Shown here: positions 47,271-56,372 of the stretch, piece after piece
How the letters are laid out: every line of letters starts with the position of its first letter
How positions within the stretch are numbered: the first letter of the stretch is position 1
IMG/VR virus record: IMGVR_UViG_3300037524_001291
Length of the DNA: 64,000 bases
Strand: one strand, 5' to 3'
Origin: a virus
Taxonomy: Duplodnaviria; Heunggongvirae; Uroviricota; Caudoviricetes
Notes under the pieces: generated by a model
Seen by the model: only the letters and a program-made list of their open reading frames with translations
Database searches by the model: none
Told to the model about the DNA's origin: nothing
Made by a program: the position numbers and the translations under genes

Positions 47271-47307
47271 AAAAAAGATAGAAGCAGTTTAAGCTTCTAT
47301 CTTTTTT
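47271..47307. terminator. Bidirectional terminator between convergent genes
   Basis: AAAAAAGATAGAAGC / GCTTCTATCTTTTTT. Confidence 0.8.
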
Positions 47308-47324
47308 ATTAAAATAGTTTAAGT

Positions 47325-47951
47325 CTATCTAAGTCTTCTTTTGTACTCCTTTATAAGTTCTTCCCTTGATAGAGGTATGAGTTTTGGTACAATAACACCT
47401 AAAAGCTTCATATCCCTTTTTATATCTATGGTTGTTCTGGGAGTATATTTATATCTACTATCAAATTGAAATTTTAGAGAATTTTTGTAAGCTTCTGTTA
47501 GAATATAAGCTTGTTCTTCCTTGCTTAAACTACTTCTTTTAGCTCTTTCCTGTGTCCATGAGAGTGTTCCTCTAGAGTTAGGGTATGAGTATTCTTTAAT
47601 TACTACTGAATCATTTTTAATATCCCTTTCTATATCTATGTAGACTTGAGGTACGATGAGAGAATAATCAATATTTTTTATTTTTTCTAAGGCATCTGTA
47701 TAAGCTTTAGTTAGAAGATAGGCTTTAGCTTCTTTACTCAAGATAGATTTGAGAGATTTTTGAGTTGCTAGATAGAGTTTATCTTTAGTTGGGTTCTTAA
47801 TAGGGTTAATATATGTGTATGCCTTAATTATAACATACTCATCAGGTTTTGGGTAGTTATTTTTTGGTATATCTATGGCAAAACTAGGTAGTACACATAC
47901 TAATAAAACCATTAAGACTGTTATATAACTTACTAATTTTTTACGTCTCAT
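47325..47951 (-). CDS. Secreted protein with internal duplication
   Basis: Signal peptide; two SL(L)S.E..AY.LT.AY...L...IDI.RD.K repeats. Confidence 0.75.
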   Translation of the reverse strand: MRRKKLVSYITVLMVLLVCVLPSFAIDIPKNNYPKPDEYVIIKAYTYINPIKNPTKDKLYLATQKSLKSILSKEAKAYLLTKAYTDALEKIKNIDYSLIVPQVYIDIERDIKNDSVVIKEYSYPNSRGTLSWTQERAKRSSLSKEEQAYILTEAYKNSLKFQFDSRYKYTPRTTIDIKRDMKLLGVIVPKLIPLSREELIKEYKRRLR

Positions 47952-48020
47952 GATAAAACCCCCTTTAATCTTGTTCCCATATAAATTTAAGTATTAACTT
48001 AGAATGTTTATAAGAAAGTA

Positions 48021-48314
48021 TTAAGAAAGTCTTTCTATGTAATCAATATTTGCTCCTTTAACTGAGGTACAAATATCAAGAACAAATTTATTTATCTCAG
48101 ATGTGTTATAAACAAAGGTAGGACAGTAAGTTTCTCCTAAGAAGTATCCCCAAGTATTAGCTAAAGTAACAAATCTTTTACCTAAAGTAAGTGTTCGTGT
48201 TATACCCTGGAATGTAATTTCAAAGGTTATAGGTAATCCCTTATCTCCATATTCCCAAAGTTGATGTAACATAGTTAGAAAATCTACATGTTTACCCTCA
48301 TGAATTTTAGTCAT
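48021..48314 (-). CDS. Hypothetical protein
   Basis: ORF track. Confidence 0.7.
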   Translation of the reverse strand: MTKIHEGKHVDFLTMLHQLWEYGDKGLPITFEITFQGITRTLTLGKRFVTLANTWGYFLGETYCPTFVYNTSEINKFVLDICTSVKGANIDYIERLS

Positions 48315-48833
48315 TTAAAGACACTTCCTTTCTTTATAGGGTAACTTTCTTGTTGTATTAAGAGGTATACCATTTTTAATCCTGTAATCCATATTAAACT
48401 GTAGATAGCTATATATTTCATTAGATGTAAAAGTTTCATTATCTTCTATTAGGGGTATTTCTTTTTGTCCTAAGAAATCTAATACTTTTGCTACAAGCAT
48501 AGTCTCATCTTCGGTATAACTAGAGAAATCTTTTTCTTCTATACTTATAATAAGTTTTCCACAAAGTTTTTCAGGCTCATCTTTTGTATAAAGTATAACC
48601 TTTCCAAATTTTCTTTCAGCTTTTATATATTCTTGATCTAGAAAAAGGTCAAAAGCGTACTCAACAAAGTTGGACAGTTTACTATCTATATCATCTATAT
48701 CTTCTAAGAATTTATCATCTATCATATTTAGTCTATTTCTACTTTCAGGATGTCTAATAACATTCCCATAGCATATATGTTTTCCTTTTAATATTCCTTC
48801 TGTAACTCTATACATCTCACCTAAAACTGGCAT
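48315..48833 (-). CDS. Hypothetical protein
   Basis: ORF with GAGGTG RBS. Confidence 0.75.
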   Translation of the reverse strand: MPVLGEMYRVTEGILKGKHICYGNVIRHPESRNRLNMIDDKFLEDIDDIDSKLSNFVEYAFDLFLDQEYIKAERKFGKVILYTKDEPEKLCGKLIISIEEKDFSSYTEDETMLVAKVLDFLGQKEIPLIEDNETFTSNEIYSYLQFNMDYRIKNGIPLNTTRKLPYKERKCL

Positions 48834-48846
48834 AAAAACACCTCAC

Positions 48847-49341
48847 TTATATCATTCCCTTTTTATATGTTAGATAATCTTCTTTATATATAAGAATTTC
48901 CAACTCCACAGCAAGAGGTAAGAATCTATTTATAGCTCCTACTAAAGTTTCATCTTTTATTAGGGTTACTTCTCTTCCTTTATTCCCTTGTAAATCTAGT
49001 TCAAGAGAATTCTCAGAGTATTTTTTTATAGTACCTTTTAATCCTATAGGAGTTTCTATGTATAATATCCTATTATTTTTTAGATCAGACACTATATCAT
49101 CATAAGCAGTATAGAGATATAATACTTTACAATCTAAGTCCTCTAAATAATCTATATCTTTGAGCATTTTCCAACGTATGTATAAGATTAGAGAAAATTG
49201 AATTGTTACTACTAGTATGGTATAAGAATAAGATATGTTTTTTAGAAATATTATATCTAGAATCATACACAGACAGGTATATGTAAAAAGGCTAAATTCT
49301 ATCTGTTTTCTCTCTTTATTGTATTGAAATTTAAAATCCAT
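48847..49341 (-). CDS. Hypothetical membrane protein
   Basis: Two N-terminal hydrophobic segments. Confidence 0.7.
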   Translation of the reverse strand: MDFKFQYNKERKQIEFSLFTYTCLCMILDIIFLKNISYSYTILVVTIQFSLILYIRWKMLKDIDYLEDLDCKVLYLYTAYDDIVSDLKNNRILYIETPIGLKGTIKKYSENSLELDLQGNKGREVTLIKDETLVGAINRFLPLAVELEILIYKEDYLTYKKGMI

Positions 49342-49349
49342 TAGTATAC

Positions 49350-49583
49350 CTACCCAATAAAAGAATCATAAACGATGCGAAGAGTCATATCTTTTGTTAG
49401 GGAGTATTTTAGGATCTTTTTTTCCTTATCACCAAGACAAAACTCTTTTGATACAAAATCAGAAAACTCTTTTAAATCAATCTTTAACTTTACTAAACTA
49501 TCATTCTTCTCACACTCACCATACTTAGCTTTTATCTTACTCATATACACTGAAAATCCTACATGTCCTGACATTATATCCAC
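49350..49583 (-). CDS. Hypothetical protein
   Basis: ORF with AGAGGGG RBS. Confidence 0.7.
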   Translation of the reverse strand: MDIMSGHVGFSVYMSKIKAKYGECEKNDSLVKLKIDLKEFSDFVSKEFCLGDKEKKILKYSLTKDMTLRIVYDSFIG

Positions 49584-49673
49584 CCCTCTCTAAATTAACC
49601 ACTCTAACCCAATAATCTAATGTCCTTTAATACTATTATATCATATATTATTCTAAATAACAAGATAGCAATA

Positions 49674-50681
49674 CTAATTTAAAGTAAATAAGGTGCTACA
49701 AAAAGAATTATCTTCTTCTACAAGTAGGTGGTAGATAGTACCAGAGTAGTTAAGTAATTCAATGCTTTCGATTTTAAGGAAAGCATTATGAAAATTACGA
49801 AACCAGAGGGAGTTATCTTTTTTTCCGATTCTTTGTAATTCTGTAGATGTTAGGGTCATGGCTAGGTATTCAAAATCTTTATTTTTCCCAACACATTTAT
49901 ATATGTTTGAGAAGCTGTTTAATCTTAATAAGATTCTTTGATACCCTAAAAGCATTTTAAGTGCTGATGTAGCTCTAAAAAACATATCTGTATTTTTTTC
50001 TTTATTAGAGAGTATGAAAGGTTTTATAAACTCTTTTAAAAAAGGTATACTTGAATTTATGATTCCTTCGGGTATATATCTAGATCCACGGCTTCCAAAA
50101 CTAGAGAACAAATCAGAAAAAGTTGTATCTGTAGTAAACATATAAGTTACTCCATCGAAAACAAACTCTTCTAACTTAATATCTAATCTTTTTCCACAGT
50201 TAGTTAGGGATTCTATAACATTGTTCCGATTTTCGGTATTAAAAGTAATTCTATTCTCGTTATCCATATAGCCATATATCATAAAATTACCTATAAATTC
50301 AGCTTTTTTTCTTTCTGTATAATCATCTTTACCTTCTCCACAAGCAAATACTACTTTATCCCCTACCCTCACATCTTTAGCACTAATCCAATCAAACAAA
50401 TCTTTGTTTCTAAATCCACTCTCCCCTCTAAAAACATAAAGAGGTTGTTCTTCTGACAATATAATGGGAAGGTAAACACCATTTATTTTTATTTTATATA
50501 TTTTACCATTATAGCTCTGATTTTCGGTTTTTATAACTCTTTTAAAATTGCCTTTATGTGTGTATACCAAAGTACCTACGGATACAGTCTCAATAGGTTT
50601 ATATCCAAATATCGTTATCACATTCTGTCCTTTAACTAACCCATTTAATGTCTCTGTATTAGTATTTAAGAATCTATTCAC
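49674..50681 (-). CDS. Free-standing intein-like protein (Hint plus degenerate LAGLIDADG) without exteins
   Basis: YKPIETVSVGTLVYTHKG block A/N2, SEEQPLYV block B (His lost), DWISAKDVRVGDKV, IYHLLVEEDNSF block F, terminal Asn at the stop. Confidence 0.8.
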   Translation of the reverse strand: MNRFLNTNTETLNGLVKGQNVITIFGYKPIETVSVGTLVYTHKGNFKRVIKTENQSYNGKIYKIKINGVYLPIILSEEQPLYVFRGESGFRNKDLFDWISAKDVRVGDKVVFACGEGKDDYTERKKAEFIGNFMIYGYMDNENRITFNTENRNNVIESLTNCGKRLDIKLEEFVFDGVTYMFTTDTTFSDLFSSFGSRGSRYIPEGIINSSIPFLKEFIKPFILSNKEKNTDMFFRATSALKMLLGYQRILLRLNSFSNIYKCVGKNKDFEYLAMTLTSTELQRIGKKDNSLWFRNFHNAFLKIESIELLNYSGTIYHLLVEEDNSFCSTLFTLN

Positions 50682-50758
50682 ACTTAAACCTCCATATATA
50701 AACTATAAATTTAAAATACAGAGTATGTTCCCACACATATTAGAGTTTAAGTATTTTA

Positions 50759-51283
50759 CTATAGATTAGTACTACCAAGAGCTCCTTCTTTTCTTAGACT
50801 ATCTGAAAGTATATCAGTTTCTTCAACATGAAGATGTAGGGTAGGTATAATAAGACCTTGAGCTATAGGAGAAGATTTTGGTATAAGAGTAACGGTCTCA
50901 TGTTTTAGGGTTTTGTCTATTTCTGAAATTTTATTATCTGTTATTAAGATATGTTTATGTGAGATATTATGAAGATCTATAAAAACTTCTCCACGATACC
51001 CACTATCTATAACATGAGCTCCTACAATAGCTCCCCTAGTACCAACACTACCACGATTACAAAGAATAAATCCAAGACCTTTAGGAAATTCCATAGATAT
51101 TCCCGTAGGTATAATAATACTCTCATTTGGAGCTAAAAGGGTTATAGGACAATCAAAAATTCCATAGATATCATATCCAGAGTCCTCCTCTCTTTTTTTA
51201 GGTAAGATTGCATTAGGGTTTAGTTTTTTTACTTTTAGAGTTGCTGTTGTTAAATCACAAAGATAGCACATAGATAAAATCAT
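50759..51283 (-). CDS. dut: Trimeric dUTPase
   Basis: DSGYDI, NRGSV, IDSGYRGE, IAQG, RKEGALGST. Confidence 0.93.
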   Translation of the reverse strand: MILSMCYLCDLTTATLKVKKLNPNAILPKKREEDSGYDIYGIFDCPITLLAPNESIIIPTGISMEFPKGLGFILCNRGSVGTRGAIVGAHVIDSGYRGEVFIDLHNISHKHILITDNKISEIDKTLKHETVTLIPKSSPIAQGLIIPTLHLHVEETDILSDSLRKEGALGSTNL

Positions 51284-51289
51284 CCTCCT

Positions 51290-52072
51290 TTAAAGATAAT
51301 CAGGTAGAGGTATAAATCTCTCTACTCTTTTTATTGCTATTTCATAGTATTTTTGATTATTCTCAAACCCTATAAATTTTCGATCTGTCTGAAGACATGC
51401 AATAGCTGTAGTACCTGACCCGATACAAGTATCTAACACAATATCACCAACATTGGTATAGGTTTTGATTAAGTACTCAAATAGTTTTACAGGTTTTTGA
51501 GTTGGGTGTAGACCTCTTTCTAAATTAAACTTAAAAACTGTTCTAGGGTATCTTTTACCATCAGCATTATCTGTATTAGTTCTTCCTTTGAAACCTTCAA
51601 GATTTTCAACATTACTCATATCACGAATGACTTTATAAGGTGTTCCAAAAGTAAATTGAGGATTATAAGTCATATTTCTACCACTCTTATTATAGGTGGT
51701 AGGGCTTTTCCCAAACACTAGTACTAACTCATGTACTCTAAAAGGCTGTGTTTTAACATGTACAAAGTTACTTCCATTATCCTTTTCCCATACCCACTCA
51801 TATTTAAAATAATCTATATGTTTGTTTATAAGATAACTAGCAAAAGGGTTAGTGGCAGTAAGAACTATAGCACCACAATCCTTTATTACTCTTAGATAAT
51901 GTTCCCATAAAATATCTTGATTTATAGGAGTATCCCATTTATTTGCTGTTACTCTTTGTTTTCCTTCAAAAGTATAGGGTAGGTCACTCAAAATCATATC
52001 AATACTTTTATCCTCAATGCCTATTATACCTTCTAAACAGTCTTTAAAATATATTTTATTCAACTCTATCAT
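51290..52072 (-). CDS. DNA methyltransferase (beta class, N4C/N6A)
   Basis: ILSDLPY, HPTQKPVKL, VLDTCIGSGTT. Confidence 0.93.
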   Translation of the reverse strand: MIELNKIYFKDCLEGIIGIEDKSIDMILSDLPYTFEGKQRVTANKWDTPINQDILWEHYLRVIKDCGAIVLTATNPFASYLINKHIDYFKYEWVWEKDNGSNFVHVKTQPFRVHELVLVFGKSPTTYNKSGRNMTYNPQFTFGTPYKVIRDMSNVENLEGFKGRTNTDNADGKRYPRTVFKFNLERGLHPTQKPVKLFEYLIKTYTNVGDIVLDTCIGSGTTAIACLQTDRKFIGFENNQKYYEIAIKRVERFIPLPDYL

Positions 52073-52106
52073 TAGTAGCTACCACACCTATTATATTTTT
52101 CTGATG

Positions 52107-52568
52107 TTAATACAATACTTCCCCTACAACTCTTATGATATCACCAATAGTAAGTATATCTTCAGCTATATCAAGAGGTATTTTTCTTCCTGTTAGGGTA
52201 TCTAGTTTTATAAGCATTATTTTCTTGTTATCACTCTCAAATCCTAAATCTTCTAATAATCTGGTTTGTAATGTCAGGTTAGTTATATTATACTCTGTCC
52301 CCACCACATTTACGATCTCATTAAACATTTTATTATTTAGGGGTCTAAAATGAATTTGCTCGTTATAAATGAAGTATGTACCTAACACTTCTTTATCCAT
52401 ACAACAATCTATAATAAGAGGATGATGTATTGATTCACCTCTATGAATTTCCATACTCTCAGGTACTCTATGAAAGACATGTCTATTTTCACAAAAGGTA
52501 TCATGAAAACTACATCCACACTGAGCTATAATCTTACCATTACAAAATATACACCTTTCCACTATCAT
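52107..52568 (-). CDS. Zinc-binding domain fused to an acyl-carrier-protein-like domain
   Basis: CIFC/CGC N-terminus; LLEDLGFES...IP...AEDILTIGDII C-terminus. Confidence 0.55.
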   Translation of the reverse strand: MIVERCIFCNGKIIAQCGCSFHDTFCENRHVFHRVPESMEIHRGESIHHPLIIDCCMDKEVLGTYFIYNEQIHFRPLNNKMFNEIVNVVGTEYNITNLTLQTRLLEDLGFESDNKKIMLIKLDTLTGRKIPLDIAEDILTIGDIIRVVGEVLY

Positions 52569-52575
52569 ATTGAAC

Positions 52576-52900
52576 TCACAATCCTAAGAGGGAAAAATTC
52601 TTAATAAATATTTTAGCTATATTTCTAGCATCATCTATTCCCTCCATACTCAAAGCATTTACCATCCCCATCTTTTTTACACCTTTCTTATTTGCGTATA
52701 GAGTTTTAAGATCTACATGTTTATATACCCAATCTCCACACATGATATGCAAACTAGAGTCATTTAGTAGCTGTTTTCTATCATAAGCTCCCCCAAGATA
52801 AGAGTAGATAATCTTCTCCAATCTCCACACATGTTACCCAATCTCCACACATATTACCCAATCTCCACACATGATATGCAAACTATAACCATTTAGTAGC
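52576..52900 (-). pseudogene. Decayed DEDDh exonuclease fragment with micro-duplications
   Basis: DDARNIAKIF Exo III-like motif; AATCTCCACAC repeats at 52731, 52820, 52840 and 52860. Confidence 0.5.
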
Positions 52901-53149
52901 TTCTAAGTCAAACACTATATAATGCATCACTTCTTAATATCACCTTTCTCTCTCAAAGCAGTTTTATAAATATGTTCTAATCGAGCTAAAGTAAATAGGT
53001 AAGAAGTATGATTTTCCATAGTTTTTATTTCTTTAATAACACTTTGAACCTCACATCACTAAAGTGAGATGATTCCTGCTTCACAGACCTCGTAACCTAC
53101 TATCTCCACAGGCTTAAAATTCCGTAGTTCCTACGGTAGTTTCTTTATA

Positions 53150-54271
53150 TTATATTGCTATTAATCGTAATCCTTCATTTTTAATATTTATCGCTGCATT
53201 AATATCTCTATCATGTTCACTTCTACAGCTAGAACATATCCATTTTCGAACTGATAAATCCTTGGTTTCTTTATTTTGATATCCGCAGTTACAGCAAAAT
53301 TGACTGGATGGATACCATTTGTCTATTTGCACCAATGTTCTATTATACCACTTAGCTTTGTACTCCATCTGTCTAACAAATTCACTCCACGATACATCAC
53401 TTATCGCTTTTGCTAAACAATGATTTTTAACCATATTTTTCACTTGCAAACTTTCTAAACAAATAATTTGGTTTTCATTAATAAGTTTAGTTGAAAGTTT
53501 TTGGATAAAATCTTTTCTTTGATTGGTAATTTTTTCATGTACTCTATTTAATTTAATTCTTTGTTTGTGCCAATTTTTACTTCTTTTTTTCTTAGATGTT
53601 AATCTTCGTTGCATCTGTTTTAATTTTTGTTCTAGTTTGTATAAATGTTTTGGATTTTCAAATTTTTCACCTACTGAAGTAATAGCAAATTCTTTAATGC
53701 CTAAATCCACACCAATATAACTTTGATTCTGGGGCAACTGTTCTATTACCACATCCCCGCAACAAACTGACACACAATACTTGTTTGACGGTGATTTACT
53801 AATTGTGCAATTTAAAATTCTTCCTTGAACATCTTGTGATAATGCTATTTTTATTAATCCCAATTTAGGTAATTTTATCTTATTACCTCTGATTTCAATG
53901 TTATTATTCGTAAATGTTGTTTTATATGAATAATCATGGCTGTGTTTATTTTTAAATCTAGGAAACCCTTGTTCTTTATTGCCTTTTTTAACTTCCCTAA
54001 AGAAATTCTGATAAGCTTTATCCAAATCTTTAAGTGAGTTTTGCAGTGCGAATTTATCTATTTCTTTTAACCAATTTAATTCTATTTTTAGCTGAGTTAA
54101 ATCTGCCGAGCAAGCATTATAATTTGAGCTTTGTTGCTCGTTTTTATATAATTCAATTCTTTTATTCAGATAATAATTATAGACAAACCTACAAGACCCA
54201 AAGGTTTTAGATAATTGTTTTTCTTGTTCCTTATTCGGATAAATTCTATATTTATAAGCTTTCTCTATCAT
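53150..54271 (-). CDS. tnpB: TnpB RNA-guided nuclease
   Basis: KAYKYRIYPN; RuvC D (VDLGIK), E (CLESL) and D (DRDINAAINI) intact; Zn finger. Confidence 0.96.
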   Translation of the reverse strand: MIEKAYKYRIYPNKEQEKQLSKTFGSCRFVYNYYLNKRIELYKNEQQSSNYNACSADLTQLKIELNWLKEIDKFALQNSLKDLDKAYQNFFREVKKGNKEQGFPRFKNKHSHDYSYKTTFTNNNIEIRGNKIKLPKLGLIKIALSQDVQGRILNCTISKSPSNKYCVSVCCGDVVIEQLPQNQSYIGVDLGIKEFAITSVGEKFENPKHLYKLEQKLKQMQRRLTSKKKRSKNWHKQRIKLNRVHEKITNQRKDFIQKLSTKLINENQIICLESLQVKNMVKNHCLAKAISDVSWSEFVRQMEYKAKWYNRTLVQIDKWYPSSQFCCNCGYQNKETKDLSVRKWICSSCRSEHDRDINAAINIKNEGLRLIAI

Positions 54272-54283
54272 AACAAATTCACC

Positions 54284-54685
54284 TTATTTTTCTTTTTGAT
54301 TACTTATATAGTTTTTAATTTGTTCCTCAGTATTCTCACTAACCGTTGCTATAAAATAACTTGGATTCCATAAATGTCCACCCCATAATTTATTTTTTAA
54401 TTCGGGATGTTTTATAAATAATTTTCTCGCACTAATACCCTTTAAGCACTTGATAATATCTGGTATGTAGTGCTGAGGTGTACATTCTATAAGTAAATGA
54501 ATATGATCTATTTCATTCTCCATCATAATTATTGTGAATTTATAGTCTTGGGCTATTGATTCTAATAATTCTTTAAGTGAAGTCTCTACTTTATTTTCCA
54601 AAACTTTATGTCTATATTTAACACACCAAACTATGTGATATTGAATTGAATAAACGTATCCACGACCATGATATATATTTGCCAT
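54284..54685 (-). CDS. tnpA: IS200-type HUH Y1 transposase
   Basis: YHIVWCVKYR, DHIHLL, LWNPSYF, YI.NQ. Confidence 0.96.
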   Translation of the reverse strand: MANIYHGRGYVYSIQYHIVWCVKYRHKVLENKVETSLKELLESIAQDYKFTIIMMENEIDHIHLLIECTPQHYIPDIIKCLKGISARKLFIKHPELKNKLWGGHLWNPSYFIATVSENTEEQIKNYISNQKEK

Positions 54686-54851
54686 TTCTCACCTCTTTTA
54701 AACAATACCATATGATTTAGTTAAAGTCTAGTATATAAATCATATATTTTTGTATTTCAGATACCATACACAAGACCTTTGCCCTAACTCATGACTGAAG
54801 TCACGAGTGTGCGGTCAAATGAAATCAAAAAGGCTTCTAGGTTCAGGTCTT

Positions 54852-55382
54852 TTATCTATATCTTCCCACCCTCTCTCTTTCTTGGGAAATTAGAATATGT
54901 TCAGGTACTTCTATAATAGGGTTTATACCACAAGACACACTATTTATTATATAATTTGTATCAGCTTCTCCAAACATTTCTACAAGACTTTTTCTTATAG
55001 CTTCAATAATCATTGGTCCTTTACGATAATTTTTCTTACAACAACCATTTAAGGCTCTGTAATGAAGTATTAAAGTGTTATTTGAATTTAACATTAGAGG
55101 GTACATTAAACATACAATAGGCTTATCCCTATAAGGCAAACTACACCCTGTATCAGTTAAATAAAAGCAAATAGCATCATCTTCAGATCGAGAAGGCCAA
55201 AAAGATTTTCCAGTACAACATTTTCCCAAACATCCTTCTTTTATACCTTCAAGAGTACAATCAATATGCTTACTACACCATAAACTACTAATCTTCCAAA
55301 CAGTACCCATATCTCCAGCTCTCATACTCTCAAACTCATATAAGAGAGTACATATATCAAAAATAAAATTATTCATAATCAT
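54852..55382 (-). CDS. YkgJ-like cysteine-cluster protein
   Basis: GCLGKCC and CFYLTDTGCSL...KPIVCLMYPL. Confidence 0.75.
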   Translation of the reverse strand: MIMNNFIFDICTLLYEFESMRAGDMGTVWKISSLWCSKHIDCTLEGIKEGCLGKCCTGKSFWPSRSEDDAICFYLTDTGCSLPYRDKPIVCLMYPLMLNSNNTLILHYRALNGCCKKNYRKGPMIIEAIRKSLVEMFGEADTNYIINSVSCGINPIIEVPEHILISQERERVGRYR

Positions 55383-55399
55383 ACCTCTAAAGTAAAAAA

Positions 55400-56015
55400 T
55401 TTTTAGTCTATGTTCCCTAGCACAAAACGCTTAAATCTCACTATCTACTGTTTTTTATAAAACCTTATAACCCTCACCAACATACATTTTTAGAGGTTTT
55501 ATTATAGATTTGTATTTTTCTCATTTCTCAATATTATGTATTTTTCACACAGTTTTATGTTATTTTAGGTGTAAAAAATATTTGTATTATTTTAATAAAA
55601 ATCCCTATAACTATTTACTACAAACATTATTAGGGTTTATTGTTAATTTTTCTTTAAAAATTTTATCTCTATGTTCCCTAGCAGAAAACACTTAACTTTT
55701 TTTCTCTCTTTTTCTCTCCCATTAAAAATATTTTCTGTAAGTGTTTGGTGGTAAGAGTTTTAAGGTTTTTCAAAAATGTTATGTACTTTTGACCTCTCTA
55801 AAACCCTTACATTATGTTTAGTTATTAAAGTTATATTTTTAATGATTTTTCTCTCTTACTTTTCTCAAAAACCCTATAACTGTTTTCTACACAATACATA
55901 AAGGGTTTTATAAGAAGAATTTAGTGTCTATGTTCCCTAGCAGAAAACGCTTAACTTTTTATACTTTTTCAAAAAATCTCTCTTTTTTGAGAGATTTTTT
56001 ATATTTTTTAATAAT
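55400..56015. repeat. Three tandem diverged ~260-bp non-coding units
   Basis: 28-bp core at 55407, 55668 and 55927 (spacing 261 and 259); shared AAAAA(T/C)CCTATAACT sub-element. Confidence 0.85.
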
Positions 56016-56372
56016 CAAATTTCAAATATCCAAAATATTAGTTAATACCTAAAATTAATATTTGTAGATAGTTTATTAAATATATCCAGAGGAATATATT
56101 TAGTAATATCCTCTATAGCGTCTAACTCTCCCTCAGGTTAAACAATATCTTCTGAACATATAAAATCACCTATATCAATAATTTCGTTCAAATTTCGACC
56201 TACTAGAGTTTCGAGTATCACTCATCTCACTTTTAAAAGTTTAAGTACCCACCGAAGAATAAAATATAAAAAGAGATAAGCTAAACCTATAAGAAGTATC
56301 CCACCAATTTTAAAAATAAAAGAGGATAGAAAATATAAAAGCAAGAATGCCCCAAGATACCCTAGTATTTTT

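Larger units (their letters stand above)
53044..54823 (-). mobile_element. IS200/IS605-family element (tnpA+tnpB), inserted 3' of TTGAT, ends TTCAA
   Basis: Left-end hairpin CTCGTGACTTCAGTCATGAG, right-end hairpin TCTCACTTTAGTGATGTGAG, TTGAT at 54824-54828. Confidence 0.92.

Noticed and set aside
55400-56015. CRISPR array
   Set aside because: Only 3 local copies, ~230-bp intervals that are themselves homologous, and no cas genes.
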